A stretch of DNA of 64,000 bases from Psammoneis japonica (Eukaryota): positions 466,404 through 530,403 of the forward strand of contig QPGO01000001.1 in NCBI GenBank assembly GCA_008632985.1, read 5' to 3'. Shown piece after piece: positions 12,420 through 24,839 of the stretch. The position numbers and the translations under genes are program-made. Below the pieces are notes generated by a model. It was not told the origin of the DNA. It did no database searches and was given only the letters and a program-made list of their open reading frames with translations. Positions within the stretch are counted from its first letter, which is position 1. The number at the start of each line of letters is the position of its first letter.

Positions 12420-13950
12420 GTAGGAGCAGGCATGGTGGACCTGTGTGGCTCCACATGTGAACGGGGCATGTCAGTCTGGTGAACTGCTGTTTTGGAAGCA
12501 TGACACTCTGCTGTCTAAGAACATTTAGGGTCGGGTGGGGAGTCCCCTGGGATCGAAAGGCCCAAACCTTGGTCAAGCTTTGGCTGCATGCAATGACTGC
12601 AAGACCCATCACTGAAATGAGCTGCTCCCAAGTTTGATCTTTTGTCAACAGCAGTCAGCAGCATGGCTGCCATGGCATTCTCCATTGTCAAGCCCATGGA
12701 CACAGCTGGCAGAGTGAAGCAGGGTGGAGCCCTTGCTTTCTTTGGAGCACATGACATGTTGTGTGGCACCTTGGCAGTGGACTTTTTGTCAAAATCCATG
12801 GTGGAGCTGGGCTTGGTGCCCTTGGCCTCTCTGCTTGTTGCAGCAGCAGTCATCCTTTTGAAGATCGTGTGAGACACAAGTTGAAAAGAAAGAAAGGTTC
12901 TGCCGTGGTGGCAGCCACATCTTCTCTTCATGAGCATTGGTGCTTGAGTGCAATTGTTGTCTCTTTGACAGCTGCAAAGTTGCAAAAGTCAGTTGATGGT
13001 GAAGCTTCATAATTTTGTGTTGATCTCACACTCTTTGCTGGCAAAAATGCAAGTGTCTGGGTGTGTTCTGTGGCAGGTTGGACACGAGTTCTCTTGTCAC
13101 ATTCTTTGGTGCATGTGCTTGATGCTCATGTCATGCCCTGTGGTGACAACCACCAACCCCAAGAGTTGTTCTCTCTGCTGATCATGCTTGCTTGCAATGG
13201 TGGTGGGGCACTTTTCTGATTGTTGTTGAAGCCTGCATTTGATCGAATTGAATGTTGCAAAAAAACACGCATGTTCTTGAAATGAAGCTCTGCCGTTGCA
13301 AGCAAAGCTTGCTTTGGAAAGCATGAGAAACAAGGTTTTTCATTGAAAATGCTTTGCTTTCTCCTGGGAAGAGCTGCCAAGAGTCATTGTGGCAGTTGCA
13401 GCCCAAGCTTCTGTTGCCAGAGGCTGTGGTGCATTTTCGCCATCAACAAGCAATCTGCCAATGCTTGCACCCACTGCTGGTTGCATGTTGCCCATCCCCA
13501 CCCAGCAGTCTCCAACATGGCTGCCCATCACTCTGCCCACGTGCTTTGCTCTTTGCATTTTCCACAACTTTTTCTCTCTGCTGTGTGCAGTTGTTGTTGC
13601 CTTGAGCACTTTTTTGGCAGCCATGTCATGGTTTTTGCTCTGCTTGTTTTCTGCAAAAGGGGTGCAGCAGAATGCATCAAAGCCAACCCATGTTCTTTGT
13701 TTGCCCACCATGTTGCTCATGCAATCAGCCGCTTCATTGAAAAGGGTGCTCATTTCTCCAGTCATGTGGCCTTGTGGAGAAGGACGTGCACGCACCACAT
13801 CCGCCCCGTCAACAAATTGTGTTTTGGGGCCTTGTTGATGTCGTCAGTTTTCAAAGATTGTGGGCTGTCAGAGATTTGCTGACTGCTTTTTGCAGGGCCA
13901 GGGGGTAGACAGAACAACTCACAATCGATGGCGACAGCTTGACCAAGCAC
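12420..13950 (-). mobile_element. Highly decayed repeat/TE relic of unidentified family
   Basis: The block is almost devoid of both TpA and CpG, contains fragmentary minus-strand protein-like frames, and has sharp compositional edges against the flanking genes. Confidence 0.35.
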
Positions 13951-14798
13951 ACGCTGGAACACATGCACTAAAATGATTGAAAGAATAAAGGCATCACGCA
14001 CACACAGCAGCGTGACTGGTCAGTCTGCACGTCATGCGATGCGGAAAGCAGAACCGTTATTTCAACGGCGGTCACATTACAATGTAATCAGTCATAAATG
14101 TTTATATGATCGTAAACTCTCGCCAAAAGCCAAAAAACAAGGCAGAACGCCATGAGCCATGAGATGGTAATAACAGCCAACCTTTTGTTTTTCAACCACA
14201 GGAAAAGACGTTCATTTCGACAGAACCTCATCCAAAGACACAACGTCCTGAATGGGTGAAAAGCAAAGTGCCGCTGCTGCTGTAAATTATGAACTTGAGG
14301 GGAGTGATTTGCTTCCGAAAAAGACAAGAAACAAGAAAGAGCCACTTGTGTCAGTGCCCGCGTTCACGCACATCATGCTTCAAAGGTCCCTGTGAAGAGA
14401 AGTGTGCCCATGGCATGCCACTTGTCGAATCGATGCGTTGATATGAAAGGATCGAAATTCGAAACAAAGCTTCTCGGACCTTATGTGTGGCATCATGGTG
14501 TGCGCATCGCGAATCTCTTCGTGCGGCACGAGCAAGTGTCGACATGCTCTTTTCGACAAGTGCTTGCACGGGGCCTCTCTTCAGTTTGGATTACAATCGC
14601 AAGAATGGCTTTCTCTCACTCTGTGGAGAGAACGCCATTGTGCCGTCTTTTTCCCTCGTTTGCGAACGCGAGTGTCGGAACATGTATCGACTGCGTAGAT
14701 TCTACGCAGGCAAGACTTGGGATCGCGGAAGCAAATGAGTTCTCATTATTCATTATTTTGTACCGGTACACATCAAGACCAGACTATTGTGAATTGCC

Positions 14799-16655
14799 AT
14801 GATGAATCATCGTAACAAGACATTGAAAAGATTGGAGAAACGTCTTGGTCGCCGTGGCAGGCAAAACCACGATGAAGGAGAAGGCTTACCGGCATTGGAA
14901 GGACGGGCAACAGCAAGATATGCTCTCGGCTCCATCAACGATATTCGTGTTGACGAGGAGAATATGGAAGAGGAAGAAAAGATTGAAGAAACTGATGAAA
15001 GTACTCCAGCATCTGCATCGGCTGGTGCTCATGCAGTGAATCAACAAGGGGAGGTCCGTCGTGGTAGTGCACAAGCAGGCGGCGACGATATTAGCATCGC
15101 CATTGAATCTGACTTGGAGACAGTACAATCGGATCCCATGCCTCCTCCACCGCCAATGCAGGGCAATGACGCACTTCTTGTAGAAGCCCATTTAGTTGAA
15201 CCGACTGATAATGCAGAAGATGTGCGAGAACAAATGGCTACACTCGAGCAAGAAAATATGCGACTTCGCAATAAAGTTCCGCTAGTACAAGCCGAGGTCG
15301 CTCAAGAAAGTGCGAGAAATAAGGGCCCTCGTCGCAAATGCTTTATTGTTCTGGGTGTTACAGCAGCTCTGGTCACTGTGGCAGTTGCAGTTGGAGTTTC
15401 TGTCGCTGGAGGCGGTGGCGCTTTTTCGCCGCCAACAAGCAGTCCATCAACGCTTGTGCCTGCTAGTTGGCAACTCGTCGGGCAAGTCTTGCATGGCGAA
15501 ACTGCTGTTGATTTGTTTGGCACTTCAATATGCTTGTCATCAAGTGGAAATATCATGGCGGTAGGAGCAGCTCAAACTTCCAATCCCGGCTATGTTGTTG
15601 TCAATCGATATAATCCAGCCACCCAACAATGGATGCAAATTGGCCAAGAATTGGTTGGACAAGCCCGGGGTGACAAGTTTGGCGAGTCTGTTTCGTTAAA
15701 TAGCGACGGTACAATTCTAGCAGTTGGAGCTCCATGGAATGACAGTGGTGGAACGAATGCCGGTCACGTTCGGGTATTTGAACACGACTCTGCATCGGAT
15801 CAATGGGTCCAACTCGGCAGCGATATTCAAGGACAAAGCGCTGGTGATCATTTTGGGTTTTCCGTGTCGCTTTCGGGTGCAGGAGACATTCTTGCTGTTG
15901 GAGCTGTTTATGATGACACGAAAAATGGCACCAAGTGTGGATCGGTTCGATTGTTTCAATACGACCGCGGCTCCTCATCCTGGAGCCATCTCGGACAAAC
16001 ACTATTTGGCCAAGCTGATGATGATCGTTTTGGTTTTTCTGTTTCCTTAAGTCAATTGGGAACCATTGTTGGGGTTGGAGCACCTCACAATGAATCGGGG
16101 GTAGACACTGCTGGCCAGGTGTCGGTGTTTGAATACAATTTTGCATCATCAAGCTGGGATCTGCTGGGTGATCCAATCAATGGACCAGTCGATCGTGGTT
16201 ACTTGGGACACTCTGTTTGTCTTGATGACAGTGGCTTGATCATGGCAGTGGGTGCTGCACATGGAAGCGAGAGAGTTCTGGTTCATTCGTACGACCGGTC
16301 AACTTCAGCATGGAATCAATGTGGCCAAACTCTCTCGACGCGACAGCCCGGTGATTGGTTTGGTGGGTCAGTGTCGTTGAGTGGCAATGGAGATGTGTTG
16401 GCTGTCGGAAGTCGTGATCATGAAGTAGATGGATCATCATACGTGGGTCAAGTCCGAATCTTTCAACACAACAGCAACACAACCAAGTGGAATCGGCTTG
16501 GTGATCCTTTAAATGGCATGGCTGAATTTGATAATTTTGGAAATTCCGTGTCTTTGTCGGCAAACGGAAGCATCGTTGGAGTTGGTGCGAGGTTCACTGA
16601 TGTCAATGGCGAATTTTCCGGATCGGTGTATGTGTTTAAATCGAAGATTGTTTAG
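14799..16655 (+). CDS. Type II membrane protein with FG-GAP/integrin-alpha-like 7-blade beta-propeller (copy 1, intact)
   Basis: 618 aa. An acidic disordered N-terminus with GAHAV and LVEAHLV motifs is followed by a coiled coil, basic residues, a single TM helix (CFIVLGVTAALVTVAVAVGVSV), a P/S/T stalk and seven FGxSVSLS...LAVGA repeats. Confidence 0.9.
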   Translation: MMNHRNKTLKRLEKRLGRRGRQNHDEGEGLPALEGRATARYALGSINDIRVDEENMEEEEKIEETDESTPASASAGAHAVNQQGEVRRGSAQAGGDDISIAIESDLETVQSDPMPPPPPMQGNDALLVEAHLVEPTDNAEDVREQMATLEQENMRLRNKVPLVQAEVAQESARNKGPRRKCFIVLGVTAALVTVAVAVGVSVAGGGGAFSPPTSSPSTLVPASWQLVGQVLHGETAVDLFGTSICLSSSGNIMAVGAAQTSNPGYVVVNRYNPATQQWMQIGQELVGQARGDKFGESVSLNSDGTILAVGAPWNDSGGTNAGHVRVFEHDSASDQWVQLGSDIQGQSAGDHFGFSVSLSGAGDILAVGAVYDDTKNGTKCGSVRLFQYDRGSSSWSHLGQTLFGQADDDRFGFSVSLSQLGTIVGVGAPHNESGVDTAGQVSVFEYNFASSSWDLLGDPINGPVDRGYLGHSVCLDDSGLIMAVGAAHGSERVLVHSYDRSTSAWNQCGQTLSTRQPGDWFGGSVSLSGNGDVLAVGSRDHEVDGSSYVGQVRIFQHNSNTTKWNRLGDPLNGMAEFDNFGNSVSLSANGSIVGVGARFTDVNGEFSGSVYVFKSKIV

Positions 16656-17249
16656 ATGTGCATTTTGCATTTCATGCCTTTGTCTCTTCAGTTGTTGAAT
16701 GACATTTTGCAGTCATAGAAAATAAATTCGATCGACTAGACTGCTGCTTCTTGCTCCTGACACATCATCATCATGTTCGTTGAAAATCAAAAGAGAGCAA
16801 CATGGCATCACATGCCCTTGGAGAGAAATGCAGCAGTGCAAAACAAAAACCAACATCTGCTGCGCTTGTTTTGCAATCATGGCACATGCAGAACTGCAAT
16901 GTGCAGTGCTGTTCAATCCATTGCTCCTTCTTCCCCACAACCAACTCCCACTCTAAGTGGAACATTGTCAAGCCAGAGATTTTGACAAACATTCACACAT
17001 GGAAAACAGTGAATCTGTGCACAGAATGTTGTGGTTTGTGAGCTTGCCTGTGAGCCCCTCCCTGAAATGATGGACTTTCTTGGCCATGTTCATGAGACTG
17101 GTGACAATGTGCGCCCCTCAAACTCAAATCATGAGCAGAAAGCTCTTGTGCATGCCTTGGTCAAGGAGGTGCATCCAACATCCTGGGTGACCAGCTGCTC
17201 TGTGACATCTTTAATGTTTGCAATCATCATGCAGCACTTGCAGCAGACA

Positions 17250-18150
17250 GCTTTTCTCTTTGCTCAAGACAACAAAATGGGAGCTCAAGGCATGCATGCC
17301 AAGAACGTTGCTGTGGAGTCACCACTGGACATGGTGCTCAGACCATTTTTCAGCTGACCTTGTCACATCATTGCCTGAAGAGATGTGCTCAAATGCCATG
17401 TTCTCATCTGTCAAGGCAATGCAAAAACACTTGTGGAAAGTTTTTGGGGGATGACCAATGGCTCTGGGCTTGCACCCACCCACACTTGAGTGTGATGCTG
17501 TGACAGCAAATGGCACAAAGGAAGCAGCAACAAATTGGGCAAATTTAGAATGACAACAAAGCCAGGGAGGCTGACAGTCACACCAAGCAGACCAAGCCAT
17601 GCACTTCTCAGTCTGTTGTTGCCAAGGGCACAATTTGCAAAAGCTCAAAAGAGAACAGTGGGACAAAAAATGGCAAAACCATGGTCTCCCAAAGAATGCC
17701 TTTGGGTTGGCTGCTTTGAACTTGAGTCAATGGGCAAGTGGTCCATCATTCCTTGCATCAGTCACTGAACCACTCCTCTCTTCTCCTCAAGAAGTAGAGT
17801 GCAAAGCTGCATGATCAGTTTGACAGCCAGCCAAACAAATGCCAGAGGTTGGGCACAAGCAAGGTGCAATTTGGGACACAGGCAGCCCAGACAAATTTGC
17901 TCCAACCTTCAAACCACATGAGGAAGATGATGAGCAAGATGCTCTGGAAACCACCCCTGACAAGAAACACCCAGAGGCTGCTCCTTGTGATGTGTTTGTT
18001 GACACAGAGGTGGTGCTTCCCCTTGGAGACTCATGAGGTCAAATTCCCCAGTGGCAAAGCTGCTGAGAACATCATCTCTAAGAACATGCTCACGCAGAAT
18101 CACAAAGGGCTGGTTTGTCCATCAAAGATGAGCAAGAGCCTGTGCATGTT
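17250..18150 (+). pseudogene. Decayed Ty1/copia pol (integrase region) fragment
   Basis: MCSNAMFSSVKA resembles the copia integrase start (Y.DTMFS.VKS). EAAPCDVFVDTEVVLPLGD resembles the integrase-RT linker of diatom copia elements. The fragment is heavily mutated. Confidence 0.4.
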
Positions 18151-18492
18151 TGGTTCTGTGCCAAAACCAGCACCGCTGCAAACAAGCAAGGTCACATCAG
18201 AGTGCACGAAATGTTAAAAATGTGTGGATTTGCATGATGACAATTTGTTAAAATGTTGCAAAATGTCATTGTCACATGATGAAAGGCCAACCTCTGGTTG
18301 CAAGTTTGGTGTGCCAACATTGCAACAACTTGTTGAGAATCATGCACGCTGTTTTTTCACCACATCCACATCACCATTTCTGCCTCCACCTTGTTGCCAC
18401 ATGCCAATGCGTGATTGCATTGCCACACAAACCTTGGTTTGTTAATTTTTGCAAACATTGTTTCAAACAAGAAAAACATTTCATCGGCCAAG

Positions 18493-19830
18493 TCAATTCC
18501 TTGTCACGTCTGCAGTGCAATGACTGAGTGCTGTGTCAACTGTGTGCACATTTTCTTGCCACAACTCTCTTAAACCAAGCTGACAATCATCATCAGACTC
18601 GTCTTCATTGGACTCGTCTTCATCGGATTTGTCTCCTCCATTGTTCGTTTTTCCTTTTGCGCCTTCCTCCTGCTCATCGTCGTCACTGTTGTCATCCCTG
18701 CTGCTCTCCACCATTGGGCTGTTCATTGCCTTCACCTTCTCCACATCACCGGTCGGTGCCATCTTCTTCTTCTTTTTTGCTTCTCCAGACTTCTCGTGCT
18801 CGCTTTTCTTGATCTCCGCGTGCCACTTTTCAAACTCCTTGCCCTCCTTGGAGTCTCTGTCTTTCGTCACCTCTGTGCACAAATCGTTGAACCAAATGAT
18901 TCCGTCGTCTCCCCAAGACTCTCGTTGTTTCTTTGGCTTTGTGCACCGAGGGGCAGGCCTTGTTTCTTTGGGCTCCATTTCCTCACCCAATTCTTCCACC
19001 GCCTCCTCCTTGTTCCTGTGTGCCCACACCTGCCAACAATTCTCCACAGCCAATGGCGCCAAAGCTTCGTCACCCACCGCAAACAACTGTGAGACCTGTG
19101 CATTCCCAGTTTTGATGGTGTGACTCCATGCCTGCTTTTGCTTGGTTTGAGGTGGGATGTGATCACAGAACCACTTGCATGCCTGCTTGTTCCTTCGTTT
19201 GCCGCCGGTGACAGTGTCCAGGCCAAACGGATCCCATGTCGGCACAAACGGGATGTCATTCTCTTCATTCTTGTCACGGCTTGACTTTTTCCTGTTTTGC
19301 TTTTTCCTCCTGACTGCCGCCTTGAGTTTCTTTTCTTTTTCCTTTCCCTCTTCCTCAGTGACAACGCCTGTGTAGATGAAGCATCACCGTCATCTTCTTG
19401 TGAGACACGTGCAACTCTCGAATCACACACATTGGTCACTTGGCTTGCGGGCCATTGTCTCCGCCCCAATGGCCGAACACACCGTGTTTCTGCGATTGTC
19501 AATTTGCCTTTTTACCGCCTTTTTTGCCCATTCCTCCCAAGTTCCTGACCAATTTGAAGTGTCCATGTTGCCACCAGCAATCTGTTTCTTGACAAACATT
19601 GAGACGCTCCCATTGCTTGCCAATTCTGACGGACTGAGAAACTTCACCTGTGGAAAGAGATCATTTCTAGCCACCTTCTCTACTTCTGATTTCAGTGCAC
19701 CATGCGCTGCCTGCGCACCTGTTCTCTTCAACACTGCCTGAAGTCTCAGGCTCATTGGCTTGAAAGTCTCATTTTTCTTTCTCTTCTTTGCCGGTGGTGC
19801 TGGAGATGACATCTTGATCTTCACACAGCA
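18493..19830 (-). pseudogene. Transposon-associated accessory ORF (two segments, probably intron-split or frameshifted)
   Basis: Motifs LFPQVKFL, DEALAPLAVENCW and PRCT...WGDDGIIWFNDL...DR fit the DEA..LL..ENY / YT...W...G...FN pattern I recall from diatom TE-linked hypothetical proteins. Tyr positions are converted to Cys. Confidence 0.5.
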
Positions 19831-20535
19831 ACAATGAGAGCAGTGTTGCTGTTCGACAGTGCAACCGTCGTCTGGGTCGTGTTGAGACAGCCAGCCACTC
19901 CATTTTTCTCTGTGACATTGCAAGGGTCATTGTCAGCAACATTGAAATTTGAAAACATGTTTGTGTGCAACAATGAATGGTCCAACTCACTTTTTGACAT
20001 GGCTGTCATTGCGTTCCAATGGAGATGGTGTCCTTCATTTTGACAGCAAATAAAAAAGAACAACATTCATTGTAAATGCCAGATAAAAAATCAAAATGCA
20101 GACATGTCACACCCATGAGAATCATCCAAATCTGGAAGACAATGTAATGTTTGCCATTTTCCCGCCATTTTTTGCACGCTGTTCTTCTTTTCCCTTCTCA
20201 TCCACAAGACAAGGATGACGAGCATGAGTCTTGATGAAGGCCCTGTCAACATTGACAAGAGAACTGTGAGGCAACGGCATCAGCGTGCAGACTTGGTCAG
20301 TCGCTGGCAGCTTGATCACAAATGAAACAACTGGCTTTCAATGCCTGAGAAGACTCAGTGCTCACCCAAGTCATGGGTTGTCCCTGTCGAAGCAATTGGG
20401 GACAATGTTTTGGTTTGTGAACAATGTCCAGGAGTGGCAGAAGTGCAAGAAAAGGCCACATTTGTTTGGGCTGCACAGGACAGAAGGAAGTGTTGGCAAG
20501 ATTTGTTTCTAAAACAGGGTGCGCGTGTCAATCTG

Positions 20536-21666
20536 TCATTCACTCACAGTGACCACCTGGCTCTTTCTTGCAAACATGATGAATTTGATCCTTTCAGAAT
20601 TGGCAAAGTCATTGCGGCACACGTGAAGCAGTGCGGTGCGAGCACCTTCCGTTGCTTTCGTTCTGATGTCTTCTTCGGAAACTCCAAGACAAGCTTCTTC
20701 CTGATCGGAAGGCTTTCCCAACCACCGTTCTCGTTGTTCTTGGGTCATAAGGTTGCTTGCAAAGAACACACCAGCATGGCTCTTTGCAGCATCCTTGTCC
20801 ATTGTGCATGTGTCGAACACAGCCAACAATTTCTTCCATTGTTTGACAACCTGGAAGAAGGTTGCAAGAGTGAAGGGAATCACTGTGTCCCCCCCTTCTT
20901 CGTTTTTGGAGAGCAAGGCCCGAAGATCAATTAGATTTTGGAAAAATTGAGTCGTCCCAAAACGACTGTCGCACCACTCTCCATCTGGCATCCAGCAGCA
21001 GTCCAACATGATTTGGTCGAACCCATGGTTGTTGAAATCAACAAGTTTCTCAAACTGCTGCTTGACTCTCTTGACAAAATCTCTTGCTTTCACATTGCAA
21101 TCCAAGTGCAGATCAGGATGTCTGTCTTGGAGAGAAACTGTTGGAACGACGTTTGTGATTGTTTTGTTAGATTCCTCAAATGCCACTGCGCGGGCCTTGT
21201 CTTGCCTGTGTTGGTCGGATGACACTAAGGCCACCCCCTTCTCAGAGCACAATTCTTGAGAAGACAGTTGCCTTGCATTGAGCGGACGGGTCATCCCCAA
21301 CCACAGCACATTGTGTGTTTCCCCGTTGGTTTCGTCACTTGCGAAACAATCTCCTGAGTTGCCATGGTCCTCTTCACCCTCAGAGCAATGTGCAACTTGG
21401 TTGTGCTCATCGTCAACAGGCTCTTCGCTTTTGTCCTCTTCACCCATGCAAGCAGTTGGAAGTTTGCTTGTTTTCTTGTCAATTGACTCCTCCTCGCAAT
21501 CGTCACTTTTGTTCATTGCGAATGACAACAAATCACCGGCGGCCTTCTTCCTGTTAGAACGAGAAATCAATGTGACAATGTTGGCACAATCAGACAAAAA
21601 ACAAATGTGATTGCCATGAAAAAGCAACCTCTCTTTGCCATTCCAGTTTGGCTCAAACTTCATCAA
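20536..21666 (-). CDS. Putative Rossmann-fold (amino-)methyltransferase-like protein, TpA-mutated
   Basis: 376-aa open frame with no Tyr. It has a motif I-like NVLWLGM, a motif IV-like FDQIMLDCCWMP (codons TGC TGC; restored LDYYW) and a motif VI-like LL...GGDTVIP. Confidence 0.45.
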   Translation of the reverse strand: MMKFEPNWNGKERLLFHGNHICFLSDCANIVTLISRSNRKKAAGDLLSFAMNKSDDCEEESIDKKTSKLPTACMGEEDKSEEPVDDEHNQVAHCSEGEEDHGNSGDCFASDETNGETHNVLWLGMTRPLNARQLSSQELCSEKGVALVSSDQHRQDKARAVAFEESNKTITNVVPTVSLQDRHPDLHLDCNVKARDFVKRVKQQFEKLVDFNNHGFDQIMLDCCWMPDGEWCDSRFGTTQFFQNLIDLRALLSKNEEGGDTVIPFTLATFFQVVKQWKKLLAVFDTCTMDKDAAKSHAGVFFASNLMTQEQRERWLGKPSDQEEACLGVSEEDIRTKATEGARTALLHVCRNDFANSERIKFIMFARKSQVVTVSE

Positions 21667-23956
21667 TCGTCACGAATGGGACTGGCTCCCATTCACACCT
21701 TCCAAACCGCTTGATCATTGATTGCCCATCAGAGAACAAGAGCAACAGATGCTGTCCGCAACAAAAGACATCGCAGATTCCCATCTTTTCACGAGCTGCA
21801 CTCAGGTCACATGGCAAATGCTCTGGGCCATTCTTTCCACAGTCTTCCAAATCAAAATCACCCTCGATCCGTTCCAAGAGTAAATCGCGCTCCTCCACCG
21901 GGACCTTCATTTCCTCCATTTGCTTTGCTGCTCCCAACTTGGCCACCGGACAGACAAGATTGCGAAGGTCAGGGTGAGGATGGATCCCTGTGCCACACAG
22001 CATCAACATCTGTGTAGAGTTCATGCATCTGAACTCTCCACAATCAGCACCTGCATGATCCCATGTTTGGACCACGGTTTTAAACACATCCTCGATCGCC
22101 TTGTGGTCAAACGTTGGCTTGCCAACATTGTCATTGATCCAGTCAATGACAACAACCAGTCCGCCAACAAGCAAATCCATCAAACTGTTGAGTTTCGTCC
22201 CGCACTCTGCCACATGAACCTCCTCGAAATCGAGCCCCGGGCTCTGCATGTGTCGGTCATTGCGATCCCCCGCAATGCTGCCGAACAGCCTTGCAGCTTC
22301 TCTGAAGTGATGAAGGACATGATTGCCAGCCACGAAAGGATGCTTCACAGCATCTGTGTTGCACAACAAGCAGTGAAAACAGGATGATCCGGTTTGATGC
22401 CCAGCCACAATGGCGTGATGAAAGCAATCGTGTGCACCAACCTCATCGAGGTTGTTGATGATTGCCGAACAACCGCAGAAGAAATTGAAGTCCTTCACAA
22501 TGGCAAACGGAAGACGTTTCCTTGGCATGACAACAATGGGATGCTTGACTGTGTCGGACGGAAGATTTGGCTTGCCAATTTCCTCTTCCACCCACACAGA
22601 GTGAGGGTCAAGGAAAAAATCTTTGATGTTTCTGTGGGTTGGCTTGCCCGACGGAGGACGACAAGGGCCACGGCATCTCATCATTTCTGCAGCATGTGAC
22701 AGATCAAGTTTTGCGAAATGACCAAGCACATGCGATCGGAACTCGGCACACCCATGTGCCGAACTGACACAGTTTCCAGCATTGCCTTTGGATGCAGTGA
22801 CAACCTTCAACGACCAAGAGCGACCAACAGCGTCTCGCAGTGACGAGCAAAGAGCACCAGTCTTGGTGTGCCCATCCATGTCACAATCCTCTTTGTCAAT
22901 GTGCAGCTCGGTTTTCGAATTGACGGATTTTTTGCCGGACGACGAGATGCACTTAACTTGAATTTCCACGCCTTCCCTTCTAATGTGCTTGGCTCCAACC
23001 ATCTTACGGAGCTCAGCCGCGAAAAGACTGTCACGGCACGGGTCATGGAAGGAACGCATTTCTTTCAATGCAACAAGATTGATTTCGTCCTCGCAGAGTT
23101 GCGTGGCGTCCAAGATTGAGGCTGTCATTGCCTGCACATCCTTTGGAAGCTTCTCCCACTCATCCCTGCCAAAGACAGCACCAGGCTTGTGAGCAGGTCC
23201 CACTTCAGCTAACTCACCGTTTGCGACTTCGCAATTCTGGCCACAACAACCAAAACAGATCCGACAGCGCAACTTGCATTCTGGTCCATCCCTGTTTTTG
23301 TTCAGCTCGCCATGTTCCAACACTGCACGGAGTGTTGACGACACACTGAATCGCAATCCAAAAAAGCATTTCTGACACATCTTGTCCGTGTGTCGCAAAT
23401 GAGTGACCACGTCGGAAAAATGAGAGGTTGACTGGGTCGGGCAAGTGATCGCAACCATCGATTCTTGCGTCGGTTCATTGGGAGCTGTGCCATTTTCAAA
23501 TCCATGCATGAACTTGCAGAGGTGATTCACCAAGTGGAAATCGGAGATGCTGTGGAACAACTGGTGCTTGACACAGTTCCCCTTGAAGGAACCGGAAATG
23601 GGGATTTCCTCAAAGACGACAAGGTGAGAATGTTGTGACTTCACCTCACCCGGAATCGCAAACGGAGATGGTTCAGGAAACACTTTCACAAGCTCTTCTT
23701 GTGTGAAATTGTCTGGCAGAGGAGGAGGTGACTGATGAGTCGTGCTGAGGGTCGGCCACTTTCTTTGGGAACATTCAAATTGTTCCTTGAGAGTCGGCAC
23801 ATCTTGGAGAATCAGCAATTCGTTCTGAGAAACATCAGAAGGTTCACCATCTTTGGGGTTTTTGAGACAGCGGCTTGAGGAGCAAAGGGAGGTGGCTAAA
23901 GAGGTGGCAAGAAGAACAGAAGAATTGGAGACAAGAAGAGGAGCATGAACAATCAA
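21653..23956 (-). CDS. Large protein with a TET/JBP-like 2OG-Fe(II) motif and a C-terminal aG/PT-pyrophosphorylase (HhH-like) motif set, TpA-mutated
   Basis: 767-aa open frame with no Tyr. It has an HxD motif, LHIDKED (~22890), followed by RSWSLKVVT. The C-terminus reads GEFRCMNSTQML, PVAKLGA, EHLPCDL (CCA restorable to CTA, giving EHLLCD) and DVFCCGQ. Confidence 0.4.
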   Translation of the reverse strand: MIVHAPLLVSNSSVLLATSLATSLCSSSRCLKNPKDGEPSDVSQNELLILQDVPTLKEQFECSQRKWPTLSTTHQSPPPLPDNFTQEELVKVFPEPSPFAIPGEVKSQHSHLVVFEEIPISGSFKGNCVKHQLFHSISDFHLVNHLCKFMHGFENGTAPNEPTQESMVAITCPTQSTSHFSDVVTHLRHTDKMCQKCFFGLRFSVSSTLRAVLEHGELNKNRDGPECKLRCRICFGCCGQNCEVANGELAEVGPAHKPGAVFGRDEWEKLPKDVQAMTASILDATQLCEDEINLVALKEMRSFHDPCRDSLFAAELRKMVGAKHIRREGVEIQVKCISSSGKKSVNSKTELHIDKEDCDMDGHTKTGALCSSLRDAVGRSWSLKVVTASKGNAGNCVSSAHGCAEFRSHVLGHFAKLDLSHAAEMMRCRGPCRPPSGKPTHRNIKDFFLDPHSVWVEEEIGKPNLPSDTVKHPIVVMPRKRLPFAIVKDFNFFCGCSAIINNLDEVGAHDCFHHAIVAGHQTGSSCFHCLLCNTDAVKHPFVAGNHVLHHFREAARLFGSIAGDRNDRHMQSPGLDFEEVHVAECGTKLNSLMDLLVGGLVVVIDWINDNVGKPTFDHKAIEDVFKTVVQTWDHAGADCGEFRCMNSTQMLMLCGTGIHPHPDLRNLVCPVAKLGAAKQMEEMKVPVEERDLLLERIEGDFDLEDCGKNGPEHLPCDLSAAREKMGICDVFCCGQHLLLLFSDGQSMIKRFGRCEWEPVPFVTIDEV

Positions 23957-24839
23957 TCAAACAATGTGACGGATTCATGCCATTTGGATTTTTTCGTTTC
24001 CGAGCATTTTTCGTAACGGATGGAATTGCATTGCCGATTTCTTTCTTCTTGCACTGAGTGGCAAAGTCACAAAGCCTGGCTTTCCACACAGCCTCAAAAC
24101 TTTTGCCGGAATCGTCAGCGGCAGAAACCACACGATCAATTTTCACACATCTTGAAAGAGTCTCATCGACATGTGTTGCATGCATTTGTTCTCGCTCGGC
24201 ATTGAGCATCGCTGGTCGCGTGGGCTTTCCCCAAGAATGTTTGTGTTGGTGGAACAACGACTTCACGAATTCAGGGAAGGACACAGGGCATTCGTCTTTG
24301 GTCGTCTCACAGTGACCAAGAGCCAGGAAATTCTCCAAAAAGTTGAAGCAAGTCGATGTCTCGTCACATTCGCCGAACAGGGAGCACAGCCAACAATCGC
24401 AATCACCATTCCTTTCAGGTGTGCACGGCAGAATCTTGTCACAAAGAATCAAAAAACCAATGTGAAGGCATTGCGCGTAACGCAAAACCTTCCCTTCAAA
24501 ACTTCTCAGCTCAATGTGCTTGACAAGTGGCTCTCCCTTTGGGTCGCACAATCCGGGATCATGGAGAAGCTTGCACAACATGGAAATCTTTGCCATCATG
24601 TTGATTTTGCCTTGTCGCCGACGACTTTCATGTCCTCTGCTTTGGGAGCATGGCGATGCTCCAATGCATGAGGATGTTTGGCGCCTTGACTGGAACAACT
24701 CCATCCTTTTGCGGAAAGAAAGTGCAGCAAGCTCTTGCACCCAAGTTCCTTTGCAACAATGCAGTTCACAGCCATCAGTTCTACAAAAAAATGAGGTCTG
24801 CCCTTCGACTTTTGCCACACATGGGCAAGCGCGATCCAA
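23844..24839 (-). CDS. Hypothetical protein of the same cassette, TpA-mutated
   Basis: 331-aa open frame, co-directional with and overlapping the next ORF, with one Tyr and many Cys/His. No family recognised. Confidence 0.45.
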   Translation of the reverse strand: MDRACPCVAKVEGQTSFFCRTDGCELHCCKGTWVQELAALSFRKRMELFQSRRQTSSCIGASPCSQSRGHESRRRQGKINMMAKISMLCKLLHDPGLCDPKGEPLVKHIELRSFEGKVLRYAQCLHIGFLILCDKILPCTPERNGDCDCWLCSLFGECDETSTCFNFLENFLALGHCETTKDECPVSFPEFVKSLFHQHKHSWGKPTRPAMLNAEREQMHATHVDETLSRCVKIDRVVSAADDSGKSFEAVWKARLCDFATQCKKKEIGNAIPSVTKNARKRKNPNGMNPSHCLIDCSCSSSCLQFFCSSCHLFSHLPLLLKPLSQKPQRW